A stretch of DNA of 64,000 nucleotides, taken from contig OZ296651.1 in NCBI GenBank assembly GCA_965655095.1, positions 36,890,001 through 36,954,000 of the forward strand, written 5' to 3'. Positions 1 through 12,539 of this stretch are shown here, one piece after another; positions within the stretch are counted from its first letter, which is position 1, and every line of letters begins with the position of its first letter. Made by a program: the position numbers and the translations under genes. Under the pieces are notes generated by a model. The model did not search any database. It was given only the letters and a program-made list of their open reading frames with translations, and was not told the DNA's origin. The stretch comes from Haplodiscus bocki (Eukaryota).

Positions 1-3000
1 GCACTCGCCTCTCCCGGCTACATTTCGAGGATATATTTTTTCTGAAATTCGAGTAAATTTTTATTGTCTTTTTTCCATTTCAACAAATTTGTTTCAATTG
101 TTTCCGCGACACCTTTTCGTCAGGGTTTCCCAAACAGATCTCTACGTGCCAGACGATCATTTCGAGGAAAAATATTTGGTATGAGAATTATGCTTCAAAA
201 CGTCAACCGTGTCTGGAATTGAGCTAAAAATTTTCAGAACCCTGGCGACAACTGTTCGGCAACGTTATCAAAACTGCGGTCTTTGTGCCAGAGGGACAAA
301 TTGAGGAAATTATTGTTTTGAAAAATTGTATAATATCATAACAATTTAGATCTTTAACCTAGTTCGTTTTGGACTTTCGGCGGGAATTTTTGGTAGTTTT
401 GTTATATTTGCATTTTATGTATCGAAAATAACGTTCTGGGGAAACAACCTCTTGATTAAAAAAAATCATTTTGAACAATCGTCTCCGGACTTTGAGCAAA
501 ATCTGTTCGGACATTTGGCGAGAAGTTTTGGGCAAGTTTTTCAGAAGTGAATATACGTGTCCATGAAAACTTCTTCGTGAAACACATTTCAATTAATAAT
601 TTCTTTTATTTTCGGACATTTCGAGCAACTTTTCGGAATTTTGGAGGAACATATTCCTGCGGGGTTGTTAAAACCGCTTTTTACGTGTCGAGAAGAACAT
701 TTTTATCATAAACAATTTTTTCGAAAAAAAAGTACTCATTTAATTGTTTTCGGACATTGAACAAATTTTTTTCAAGTTTTGGCATGACATTTTGACAGGG
801 TTGCGAAAACTGCATTATATGTGCTAGAGGAACCTTACGAGGAAAAATTAGTTGTTTTGAAAAAAATTTTTTTCATGAACTTCTTTCGGACTGTTAGCAA
901 AAACTATCGACCGGGTTGTTATTGTTTTAATTTTCCAGGAAAAAAATATCGTAACAAACAATTCTTTTGAAAAAAAATGTCGTTTCTGGACTCCTACGGA
1001 ACCTTTTATCAATTTTTGGCAGAAACTTTTTGTCAAGGTGGTCAAAACTCTATTGTAGGCATCGAGAGGTACTTTTTTCTTGAAAAATTTTGCTTTTGAA
1101 AAAAATATATATATTTTCAAGCTCGAAAATTAAACATTTTTCTGTAATTTTGCTGAATTTTTCTCGGCAGCTTTACAAAATTTCCATTCTACGTGTCCAC
1201 GTGAACATTATGAAGAAAAAACGTTTTCTTTTTTAACAAATTCCTTTTTTCTCGTTCTCGGAATTTGACCTAGTAATTTTTGAACCTTCACACAAACATT
1301 TTTCGTCAGTTTGGTTAAAACTGCAGTTGAAATATCCAGAGGAACAATTTGATCAAAAGTAATTTTTTACGAAACATAGAAATGTTCCACCACTTTTCGG
1401 CATTGAATGAAAAATCTTCTGACTTGTTGGTGAAAAACTCCGGCACTTTTGTCAGATTTGCACTCGTTTGTCCCAGCTACATTTCCAGGAAATCTTTTTT
1501 CTGACATTAGAGTAAATTTGGTTGGTCTTTTTTCGATTTCAACGAATTTGTTTTATTTTTTTCCGCGACAATTTTTCGTCAGGGTTTCCAAAACTGATCT
1601 CTACGTGCCAGATGATCATTTCGAGGAAAAATATTTGGTATGAGAAATATGCTTCAGAGCGTCAACCGTTTCTGGATTTGAGCAAAAAATTGTCAGAACC
1701 CTGGCGACAACTGTTCGGCAGCCGTATCAAAACTGCGGTCTTTGTGCCAAAGGGACAAATTGAGGAAATTATTGTTTTGAAAAATTGTATAATATCATAA
1801 CAATTTAGATCTTTAACCTAGTTCGTTTTGGACTTTCGGCGGGAATTTCTGGCAGTTTTGTTACATTTGCATTTTATGTATCGAAGATAACGTTTCGGGG
1901 GAAAAATCTGTTGATGAAAAAAAACGATTTGAATAATCGTTTTTGGACTTTGAGCAAAATCTGTTCGGACATTTGGCGAGAAGTTTTGGGCAAGTTTTTC
2001 GGAAGTGAATATACGTGTCCATGAAAACGTCCGCGTGAAACACATTTCATTTATGAAAGAAAACTTGTCAAACTTTTTTCAGTTTTTAAGTGGAAATTTT
2101 TCAGGTTTTCAGCAAACGATTTCTATCAGAGTTGTCAAAATTGCTTTTTTAATGTTCCGAGCAACACTTCATGGAGAAGATTGCAAAAAAGAAAAATTGT
2201 TTTTTTTTACTTTCCGACATCGAGAGAACTTTTTCTGAGTTTTGGTGGAACATATCCCTGCGGGGTTCCTAAAACCGCTTTTTACGTGTCAAGAAGAACG
2301 TTTTCATGGTAAAGGGTTTTTTCGAAAAAAAATAGTACTCATTTAATTATTTTCGGATTTTTAGCGAATTTTTTTCGTGTTTTGGCAAGAGTTTTCGACA
2401 GGGTTCCTGAAACTGCATTTTATGCGCTAGAAGAATCTTATGAGGAAAAAATGTTAGCCTTGAAAAATTTTTAATTCAAGAACTTTTTTCGGACTGTTAG
2501 CGAAAATCTTCCGGCCGCGTTGTTATTGTTCTACTTTTAACAGAGAAATATTCGTAACAATCATTTCTTTTGAAAAAAAAAATCGTTTTCGGACATCTAC
2601 GGATTTTTCTCGATCTCTGGCAGAAAGTTTTTGTCAAGGTGGTCAAACCTGTATTCTAGGCAACGAGAGGTACATTTTTCTTGAGAAATTTTGCATTTGA
2701 AAAGAAATAAATTTTCTGTCAAGCCCGCAAATGAAACATTTGTCTGTAGTTTTGCTGAATTTTTCTCGGCAGGTTTTCAAAAATGTGCGTTCTACGTGTC
2801 TACAGGAACATTCTGAAAAATCAAACGTCTTCTTTTTTAACAAGTTCCTTTTTTCTCGTTCTCGGAATTTGACCGAGTAATTTTTGAACTTTCACACAAA
2901 CACTTTTTGTCAGTTTGGTCAAAACTGCGTTCGAAGTTTCCAGAGGAACGATTTGATCAAAACTTATTCTTTTGCGAAACATAGAAATGTTCCACCACTT

Positions 3001-3800
3001 TTCGGCATTGAATGAAAAATCTTCTGACTTGTTGGTGAAAAACTCCGGCACTTTTGTCAGATTTGCACTCGCCTGTCCCCAGCTACAATTCGAGGAAACC
3101 TTTTTTCCGAAATTGGAGTAATTTTTTTGTCTTTTCTGGATTTAGGCGAATTTGTTTTTATTTTTTTCCTCGACATTTTTTGTCAGGGTTTCCAAAACTG
3201 ATCTCTACGTGCCGGAGGATACTTTCGAGGAAAAGTATTTATTGTGGGACAAAAATTTAAATCTTCAAACGTTGTCGGATTTGAGGAAAAACTGTCAGAT
3301 TTTGGCGACAACTGCTCGCCACAGTTGCCAATACTGTACTCTATGTTCCACAGGAACGTATTGAGGAAAAAAATTGTTAGAAATTGTAATTCCACAACAA
3401 AGTTCGGACTTTAGGTGAGAGCGTTTGGTACTTTAGGCGGGAACTTTCCACAGTGTTTTCAAATTTGCATTCAACATTTCCAGAGAAACGTTATGGGGGA
3501 AAATATGTTTTAGTGAAAAAGGTGTTTTTTTGTCGTTTTCGGACTTTTAGCAAAATTTTCTCGGAGTCCTGGGGAAAGTATTGGGCCCGTCTGTTAGAAC
3601 TGCCCTTACGTGTCCAGACCGACATACCAAGAGAAAACAATTTATTTTGAAAATTTAACAATTTTTCCATTTTTTCCGGCTTTGAGAGAACTTTTTTTGA
3701 CTTTTGGAGAGAAATTTTTGGCACGTTTGTCAAGGCTGCATTCTACGTGTCCAGACGAACATTTTAGCGTTTTGAAAAAATTTTCCAAACATCAGCGCAC
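1..3800. repeat. Higher-order tandem repeat (satellite): ~135-bp diverged monomers grouped in ~1.46-1.6-kb units
   Basis: GCACTCG...CCC.GCTAC unit starts recur at 1, 1460 and 3065 with long high-identity stretches (e.g. 121-560 vs 1580-2040). A TCTACGTGTCCAGAGGAAC-like core recurs every ~130-140 bp (141, 281, 413, 551, 680, 816, 1053, 1188, 1330). Confidence 0.85.
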
Positions 3801-4620
3801 ATCTGTGATAACGTAAACGCAATTGGAAAACATCTAGTAGAAAATTCACCATTGGAGTGGATGATTTTGATTCGATTTGATAAATTTGGAGCAAAATAAA
3901 AAACGCACCAATTGTGTGGAGGGTTTGGCTTCCATATTTTGAATATGGCGCAAAAAAGTAATTCTAAACGAATAGCGTGAGTCAACTGCGCGCATTGCAA
4001 TTTCGTTCAAAAGCACATTCGGTTAGTGTGCCGTTCAATTAACCGACCGCTTCATCATCCGAATCTGCTAGTGAACGAATTTTCATGTATTTCATTTCCG
4101 CTCATCGCCGGGAAATCTTACGTACACGAACCTAGGTAGCTCAGCTATTAGTTTTTGAGAAAAACTCTAGATTCGGCCAATCGAACAATCAGTTTATTGA
4201 GTAGTCCGCTAGTTGATACGTTACCGATCGGTTATCGTGGTTGGCTCTTTGAAAGGCACCTTGTTGATCGTCCCTGGTGACGAATGATTGCTCTCGCTTA
4301 ATGCGTAGAAGCAAATACAAAAAACTATACAGAAAACTAAAAAAACTACAACATATACGAAAAACGGTTTATACAAAAAACTACAACATATTACGACAAA
4401 ATGATGCCAAGGCTGTCGCTCACTTTTTATTCTGCAAACTTCATCTTTTGATATAGAATCATTTTGCAATGATATACTTTCAAAATATAAGTTACCGGCA
4501 ATCACAGATAACTAATTGTACCGGCAATCAAACCAGATCACGACTGAATTCTTTCGCCAAAAACAAAAGTAATTGCTATGGTTTTCACAGTAGTTAATTA
4601 GCTTAACAGAGCAACATAGT

Positions 4621-6569
4621 TGTCGCAAGCTGCCAGTTGTGACGGCCTGACGTACACAGTCAAAAATGGCAGTCAATGCACGGGCACGAAAGCCAATCCA
4701 TTGCCCCTATTTCAAGATTAAGGCATCCTTGAAGTCAAATTTGGATATATGTTTGAGGAGATAGATAATAAGTACCCCCTTTTACAAGATTAACCCCACC
4801 TACATATAATCCTACAAAGATATACAAACAAATTTTAGCTTGATAGTTTGTACGTGATGAAATCCATACTATCAATGAACACGCTAGTAACAACAGGGAA
4901 ATCAGGCCAAACAAATCATTACAGTGCTTAGTAGACACGCAGTATTGTACTTAAGTCTGACTGGTCCAAATACCTAATTCCGCCAATTTTCTGACCAACT
5001 AGCAGCATTACATAAGAGAGTTGTCGAAAGTTGGTCACTAAGACCTACTTTAGCCTAATTTGCTCAAAGCAGACAGTCGCCTCAAATAAAGGAGGAAAGA
5101 CGGTAAAAAGAGGCAACGAGGACCAGACTTTGGTCACCAAAACTTGAATGACGCTATCAATGCTGTAAACATATATACTATTGACGCATACAACTAAATA
5201 TTTTTCTTTGCCGAGCCAACCAGTGCTTTTTACTAGTACTCTCTAGCGACAACTTTAGTTGGTTACAAGGCGGTACTAATAACAGCCTTATAATCACCAA
5301 ACATTATTGTTAACCCAATCCCAAGACCAAAGTCAAATGATACCATTTGTGTCAAGACTGTCACTTCGCAGTACTATACAACTCATCTGAGGAAATACCT
5401 TCGAACGTATGTGAAAATAAACAGGTAGTAGCGACACTAAAATTCTCATTGACACTTTAACCATGCTAATCGATATAACATGTGCTTGCACAGGTCAGTG
5501 TGACCAAATAAGTGAATTACCTCACTCCTCGTATTCAATTGAAGTTCCGGGATTGAGGTTCCATTGATTTTCCATAAGAACGTTCATGCATGCAATCACG
5601 TTCCATAATGTTTTAGTTTTTTATCTTTCGCTTCCTGTAGGACTTTCATAACTAGATTTTGCTTTTCATGATTTTTCTCGGCATTTTCCTCTTGATGCTA
5701 CGAACAGTTGCTATTTTTTGAGAGACATAATAACGACGTCAAGTAAGGAGCGGCATTTTTTTTATCTTTTGATCTCTAATGCAGTCGTCGTTTCAGGTAT
5801 GACTCAACAAGCCAAGTACCCGATTGGTTGCCGAACAAAATTTCAACAGAGGAATCACGACCTGACGTTGACCGGAGGGTGAAATCAGAATCGAAGAACG
5901 CATCTACAAACCAGTAACCTTAGACCAGCGGTAGAACCGAAAATTTCCAACCTGAATGGTGGTATTGCTGGATTGCCATTTCAATTTAAACTTTTTTCGC
6001 TTGTTTTGTTCGTTTTCATTAAAAGTGCAATTCACTTGTTAAAATCAATATAGTTTCAACTCGAAGGAAAACGCAGCAAAATAGAAAGCGCCTGAGCCAA
6101 TCAGACGACTTTGATCAAGACGTTATCATTGGTGACGCTGTATTCAGCGGACAACAAAATTTTATAGCCAATAACAGTGGATCTGTTGACCGCACGTTTA
6201 CTGTGAGTAACAATGACGGTATTTCAAGAGCTAATGAAAATACGGTAAATGTTCTAAAATGGGAAAAATTTCTCATTGACAGGATTGTTACGAATTGGGT
6301 AATTTTTTTGAAATGCTTCAGGATAGAATTCAGAACGCGATCTTGGTTCAACACATGCATCCTCTGGACGGGATACTGCTAGTGTTACAGCGAATTCAGA
6401 ACGTGGGGAACATATAGGAATTACTGCTTCTTTTGAAACTTGTCCGAAAGGAACAATTCATTTCATGAATTAGATGAGAATGATGCGACTTGAGGGAACA
6501 TCCCAGACGAGGTAAGTGAAAATTCGGTCTCATGAACACACTGTGACGGGCAACCACACACTCGTCACA
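4621..6569 (+). mobile_element. Old solo LTR of the coding-LTR Gypsy family
   Basis: Starts TGTCGCAAGCTGCC (cf. TGTCACAGGCTGCC at 22931) and ends CACACTCGTCACA (cf. CACACTCATCACA at 24770). Internal homology to 23280-24770 includes a decayed VSTRRK..DDFDQDVIIG ORF at ~6050. Flanks ATAGT/ATTGT are a 4/5 TSD match. Confidence 0.8.
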
Positions 6570-7017
6570 ATTGTTGGTATGTTTATATCTGTACGAATGC
6601 ACCATTTTAATTTATGTAACGAACCAAAACCAATCATTTTTCGCTCGCATGTCATTCAGCTTAAGCGTGGCTCACTCTTTTTGCTCATCAGAATGTCGTG
6701 TCACGACCAATGACTGTTGAAAGACCAAATTTTTGTTTTCACTGACTTAATATGGCTTCTTTAAATCATTGAACCATTTTGTAACTTGGCATACAAAGCT
6801 TAACAAAGACTTTTAGAAAATATTTTTTTCAGACAGAAAGTTTAACGACTGTGCCAGAAAGCCAAAATTAGGAGCGAAAACATATAGACCAGTGTGCCAG
6901 TGATAAACTTTCGCTTTCTTTCAGGCTGGACGATTTCATTTCATTATAATAATTATGATTACACCAATAAATAACTTATAACCAGCAGGTTACTAAGACG
7001 GAAGTTACCAATCCGCA

Positions 7018-7222
7018 ATGGCTTCTACAGTAGGTGCAGACGGGACCAATATTGTGAACTGTGTGGTAGCGGGCGATAGAGAAGTTGGGAAAACTCATTT
7101 GTTGTGGAGCTTTACCAAAAACGAGCTCTCCGGTAATTACGTTCCTATAGTTTTCGACAACCAAAATGTAGTTGTACAGGTCAATGGCCTCGAGGTTATC
7201 CTCAATCTGCGGGACTTATCTG
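7018..7222 (+). CDS. First coding exon of a divergent Rho-family (Rac/Cdc42-like) small GTPase
   Basis: NCVVAGDREVGKTHLLWSFTKNELSGNYVPIVFDN...VNGLEVILNLRDLSG aligns without gaps to Rac/Cdc42 [35 protein letters not shown]...VDGKPVNLGLWDTAG. It ends at a phase-1 donor G|GTTAGT (7223) inside the DxxG Gly codon. No downstream exon identified. Confidence 0.8.
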
Positions 7223-8330
7223 GTTAGTTAGTTAATTTAACAACAAATTATTGAGCCCAGATATCAAAACGTATCAAATACCGAATCTCCTTAAAACTCT
7301 CCCATCAAAAAGTGGAAAACTGTTTTTGAAAATATAGACCCCGTGCAATGTAAACAATTTTTACAAAACGCAGCCCTGTTGATTCAATTACCGTAATGAA
7401 GAAGAGAAACTTTGCCAAAACCGGAAGTGATCAACTCGTCTCGAGATGGAAGGGTGGAAAACTCATTGAAAGCAACTTGCAAAAATATAGGAGCGGAAAA
7501 AGTGTCGCAATTTTGACACCCAGTGTCATGCCCGCATGTGGAAATAATGATTTATCTATATAACCCTAAGTTTACGCCATGTTTAACCTGTATGAAACTT
7601 TTTTTGTAGTTAGGAGTTTAATTTAAATTCTTAGCCAAATACGCGATATACCCATGAACAATAGTCACAAGTTTTGTTCAGCCAAATGTATACCGTTACC
7701 TGCCAAAAGCAATAATCTTTAGAAAAAACGCAACGCGGAAGGGTGATATTTTCCCACTGCTGCAACCTACAAGTACTAAAAGACTAACAGACTTGTGTAG
7801 GTTTTAGCCGGAAACCGCAAGAATATCACAAGTGCCCTCAATAATGTTCCGCTGAATGAATCTTTATAGAACCCGGTATAAAAAGTAAGAGCACAACGTC
7901 GAAAAATTTCCAGCGGATGTTCAAAAGAAAAAACAGTCCATTCCTTCTGACAGCACATGTAAATGGTATGGCACATAGATATAACGAGTAACAAACAAAA
8001 AAGAGAAGTTTGGGCGCAACATGAACAGACACGGATTTCCTAGAGCCCAAATTAAAGAAAGGTGATCGTACATCAATCACATGGGTTTATTGAAATAAAA
8101 GAGTTTTCAAATTACCACTTCTATTTAATTTATGCAGTAATGTCAGTATAAATTGGATAACGTGATCGTAGCCATCGTCAGATACGGCGTAATTGTGTGC
8201 CATCATTTAAGAATCATTTAGTTATCTAAAGTATAAGCCAAGGAGATCTCTTAGTTGGAAAGAAAAACTTTTTGTTCATCCGTCACCTGACTAGATGCGA
8301 ACTGTCACAATGCGAAAACACTGATATCAT

Positions 8331-8437
8331 CCCGGGTTGAAGTCCCAGAGCAAATCAGCGCTGAACAGCGCTGTTTCAGAGATTTTATAAATTTCAGAGC
8401 TGTTCAGCGCTGGTTTTCTCTGAGACGTCAACCCGGG
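8331..8437. mobile_element. 107-bp palindromic MITE
   Basis: Left arm CCCGGGTTGAAGTCCCAGAGCAAATCAGCGCTGAACAGC matches the reverse complement of right arm GCTGTTCAGCGCTGGTTTTCTCTGAGACGTCAACCCGGG; AT flanks both ends. Confidence 0.75.
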
Positions 8438-11400
8438 ATCAGTTTAAATAAATCTACAGGCATAGCTAACATACCAATAGTTTAGCTCTGTAAAACCACG
8501 GCATATTTATAATATTCTTTGATCCAGATTTCATAAGAACCTAAACCACAATGAACAAAGACTAAGATGAAGTCCTCAAGACTTGTTTGCAAGTTTGGTT
8601 TTGAAGTTAAGATTTCAAAAGACAGTAAAACCTACATCAGTAAACAGGTGATTGAAAAAAACAGCGACGAAGACGACCGAACAGAATACCGACACTGCAA
8701 GACATTCTGAAACTGAGAACAAAGAAAACCTAATTTTTTAGGCTTCGACCTATGAACATTTAGATGACAAGACCAAGGCGTATATAACTGCCATTTGACG
8801 GCAAATTACAGGATTTAGGAGATTTATACTTGTCCTTATGTCCAGGACCGCTGGATCAAGTAACTCAACGTCGAATTCAGGTTCGCCCCCCCCCCCCCCC
8901 AATTCCCGGAACCTTGCACGGCAGTCAGTTTATTGCAGAAGATCTTCGCGTGGTTTAACTTCTTAAATCAAACGTTGTCGATCATTGGAATAATATGCGG
9001 TTAATAAGTAGGTGGTTTAACTGAGTGTGCATGGGACTCAATGATGTACTTCATTTTTTACTTTTTATAAGTCTATTTTCGATTCAATGAAAATCAAGAA
9101 ATCTAAAGGCATCTTTTATATTCTTATTCTTCCCGATCAAAAAACTGACCAGAAGGTACCAATTTGACCTGATCAGGTGACCATTATATCAGCAATCTTT
9201 AAAAAAAATTTTCAAACAATTAGTTTTTAATTGCGGCATCAACTACTTCTTAGATCCAAAAATTTTTGTCTGGAGTTGATTTGGCATCTAGGTAGGAATA
9301 TTATTTGAGAACCCAACATCTGCAAGTGTTTCAAAGCTAAACAGAACCATTTAACTGAGAATAGTACAATTTTTGCCATTAAAACTGATAAAATTTTGGA
9401 TGATCATTCAAACTATCCTCTAATTAACTCTATAATTAAATGAATATCACTGATTGGTTTCTCAACCGAAGGCTTGATATTTAGAATCTTAATAGGGTCA
9501 TCGCCTTGCCTATCTCCAAGTACAGGAGTTTAATAACGGCACACTAATGGAAGTCAAAACCACAGGGTCATGTAAAGAAGCTTACTGAGCGGCCGTAAGA
9601 AAAATCTTCGCAGTCCAATTGGTATGCATATACAGGCAAAACGCTCTACCTAAATTTAAATTTATCAGCGCACGCGTAGTGTCTTACTTTCAAGAAGATT
9701 TTCTGAATTTTAAAGCGACTTATGCAGAAGCAACAGATTTCACTCCAAAAAATCCAATCAAAACATATCGCTTCAGTTTCATTACACCAGACTGATTCGA
9801 AAACGTACTTACCAAAAACCCCTTTTCTCTATAAAATTGCGTGGGTGAACACATCCGTCGGGTCTTTTCCAGAATCTCTTTCTGCCTAATGCGAAAAAAA
9901 TTATTTCCCCCTTCAACAATTACATTGACAAATTTTTACTTCATCCGTATCTCTAAAAAACTTTTTATGTTATGGGTCATCCTAAGATGTCAAAAAATAG
10001 TTCAAGAAATCGTAATAAGTGAGTCATACCATTATGAAGATAAATTTTGAAGGATATCAATTGTTGGTGGGAAAACCTGCACGGAGGTGTCATCAAAGAA
10101 AAATGGCGCTTGTTAGATTATGTAAAAAATGGGATGTCTTGAAAATCCTCAATCTTTTCTACCACAGTCTTGGAGGCTCTGCCTCAAAACGGCGTTCAGT
10201 GTTTTGGGTCATCTATCCCAGACCATCATCCTGCGGCATTACACCAGTCCAGTCTGAAGTAAAGAATTTTTCGTCAAGGTGGAGGGCAAGACTATGTAGT
10301 GACTACATCTCGTTAGGGTACACTCCCAATATCCACAATGGACCATACAGTTGGCTCATCATATGGAAGGCTAAATTTGGAGATGACAAGCTTGTTGTAT
10401 GGTTGAAAACAATTAACTTTTGGCGGACTATGGAGACGAAGAAAAGTGATCGGTTGTTCTAATATCAAATGAAGACTTGAGGGAAAATCTGAGAATAATT
10501 TTTAATGTAGGTTCACTGTAATTTGACACTGTTGCGCTTGCTGTTAATCCGATTTTGTGGAGCTTTGGTGTTCTTGTTGTTGTTTTTGCACGTCCTCTAC
10601 TTGAGGTCGCTGTTTCGGATGTTCTTTTTGTTCAAATTCGCTATGTAATGCTTGCTTGTGTTCCTGATCTTCTTGTTTGAAATGGCGCTGAAAGTCACCA
10701 AGACGTATAACTAAAGATTATTTTGTTTGAAGCTGTGTATCTTGAAGATTATCGGGTTTTTTGGGTAAAATCTGTTCAACACATGAAGACAGACGCTGAC
10801 TCCGGCTATTCAGTGTAACTGGTAAGCAAGATTGAAGTTTAGATGAATCCATGAGATCATCCTTCGTAAGAGTATTCTGCTTTTGCTAAATGAACGCTTC
10901 CCAGGAGACATTGTATTTGTGTTGAGCGGCTTTTCCAAAAGCGATTGGATTTCTCACTCTAGCAATTATCAAGACACCTCTACTCCGGTGTAGTTCAATT
11001 GAAAACATTTGGAAACTTTCAAAAGTGTGCACTAGATAGAGATCGAGTCCTAACATTGCTGTTAGCATGGTGCTTTGTCAACTCTTGGGCGAAACTTTTA
11101 GTGCGTTACCTAAGAGCAGCGCTACTTTCCATGGCAGAATGAATGAATGTTATTCCATTGCGATGACAATGTTCATCAAAATGGCCAATTTCCCGCTCCT
11201 CCACTGTGGAAGCTGCATCACCTGGCTCTTCCACCGTTTGGGCAATGAGAGACGTTTGCAGTGGTGAGTTGATTGTTGCATCCAGAGTTAGAAGAGAGCT
11301 TCCTGATCAATTGGTAACTGTAATGCATTTATGTCTCCGGCAATCAGATACATTCAGATTTTTGGTTTCGAAAACCAGATTAAGGTTTGTCCATTTTCAG

Positions 11401-12539
11401 ATGCAATATATTCAACTACTCATTCAAGAAGCTATGACTAAGCTCATTGCAATTTGGGTAGAGAAGTTGCTGGAAGAGATAATCTTCTCGGGAAAGATAG
11501 TGCAAATGACTCCTTTTGGTTTTGTATTTGACACACTTGATTCAGTCATGCAAATTTTTGACTATTTTAAATTTACGGATGTCTTCACAAAATTTCTGTA
11601 ACGAAACATAAGCAATGTTTTCATTTCAATAGAGCACAGTCCTTTGAGATCTTGGATTTCTGGAATTCTATTTCATCTTAGTTTTTTTTGAAAGAAAAGA
11701 ACGTTTTTGTCAATTATATATCTTCTGGCACACTTGGCCATTCCAAATTACTTCGTTTGTCAAACTACCAACGAAAGTTTTGTTATCTAGCTGCAGTAAT
11801 CTGCAGCTGTTTGATTCCAGATAACAGGCAAATGGGCTATGAAACTACCGTCCATGTTAGAGAAAGAGACCAGTCTCCATTATAAAAAGCACCTATCTGA
11901 AATAATGTGTAATTAACCTGGATGGAAACGGTTTCAGTGTCGACTGAGTTTTTATTATTTGGGAATTGGTAATTCTAACTTCACACAGAAAATCAAAAGT
12001 TTTAGAATTCATTCAATTCAAATTGAGCTTTTTCTTCTTTTTCTCCCACACGATAATTTTTTCTCAAATTTTTAATTAATTTTTTTATAATGGAACGTTT
12101 TTGGAACTACTAACTCAAGATTCTTTCAAATTTGTGTGAAAACTTTTGGAAATCTTTTTGTTATGCATCTGAATTTCAAATTGAATTGGAACAAGACACT
12201 CGACTACCACCGGGGTATTCTCAAACTCCAATTTTTTCAAAGATGCTTTTCAAAAGTATGAAAGCGTTACTTTTGGAAAAAAAACTCTTCATCAAGTTCT
12301 CTAATTTTTTGCGAAACCACATTTTACGTGGAGAGATGACATTTTAAAAAACATATCGTTGGATTCTTCAGCAAATTTGTCACCTTTGCCCCTTTTGAAA
12401 AAAAATCAATATTTTTTCTCAAAAAACCAATGTCTTTTTTCAACAAAATCCAAATATTGTACCTATTTGAGAAATTTTATTTCAGCTCTACAGTAACTTT
12501 GATATAATTCTTTACGAGGTTAAATTAACCTTTGTACAT

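Noticed and set aside
1-3800. Many 60-90 aa ORFs; repeat periodicity superficially CRISPR-like
   Set aside because: ORFs are F/K-rich translations of satellite DNA. Whole units repeat, with no unique spacers and no cas genes.
8900-11950. Possible decayed DIRS/tyrosine-recombinase element on the minus strand
   Set aside because: Composition looks like old coding DNA, but no RT, RNase H or recombinase motif could be read convincingly.
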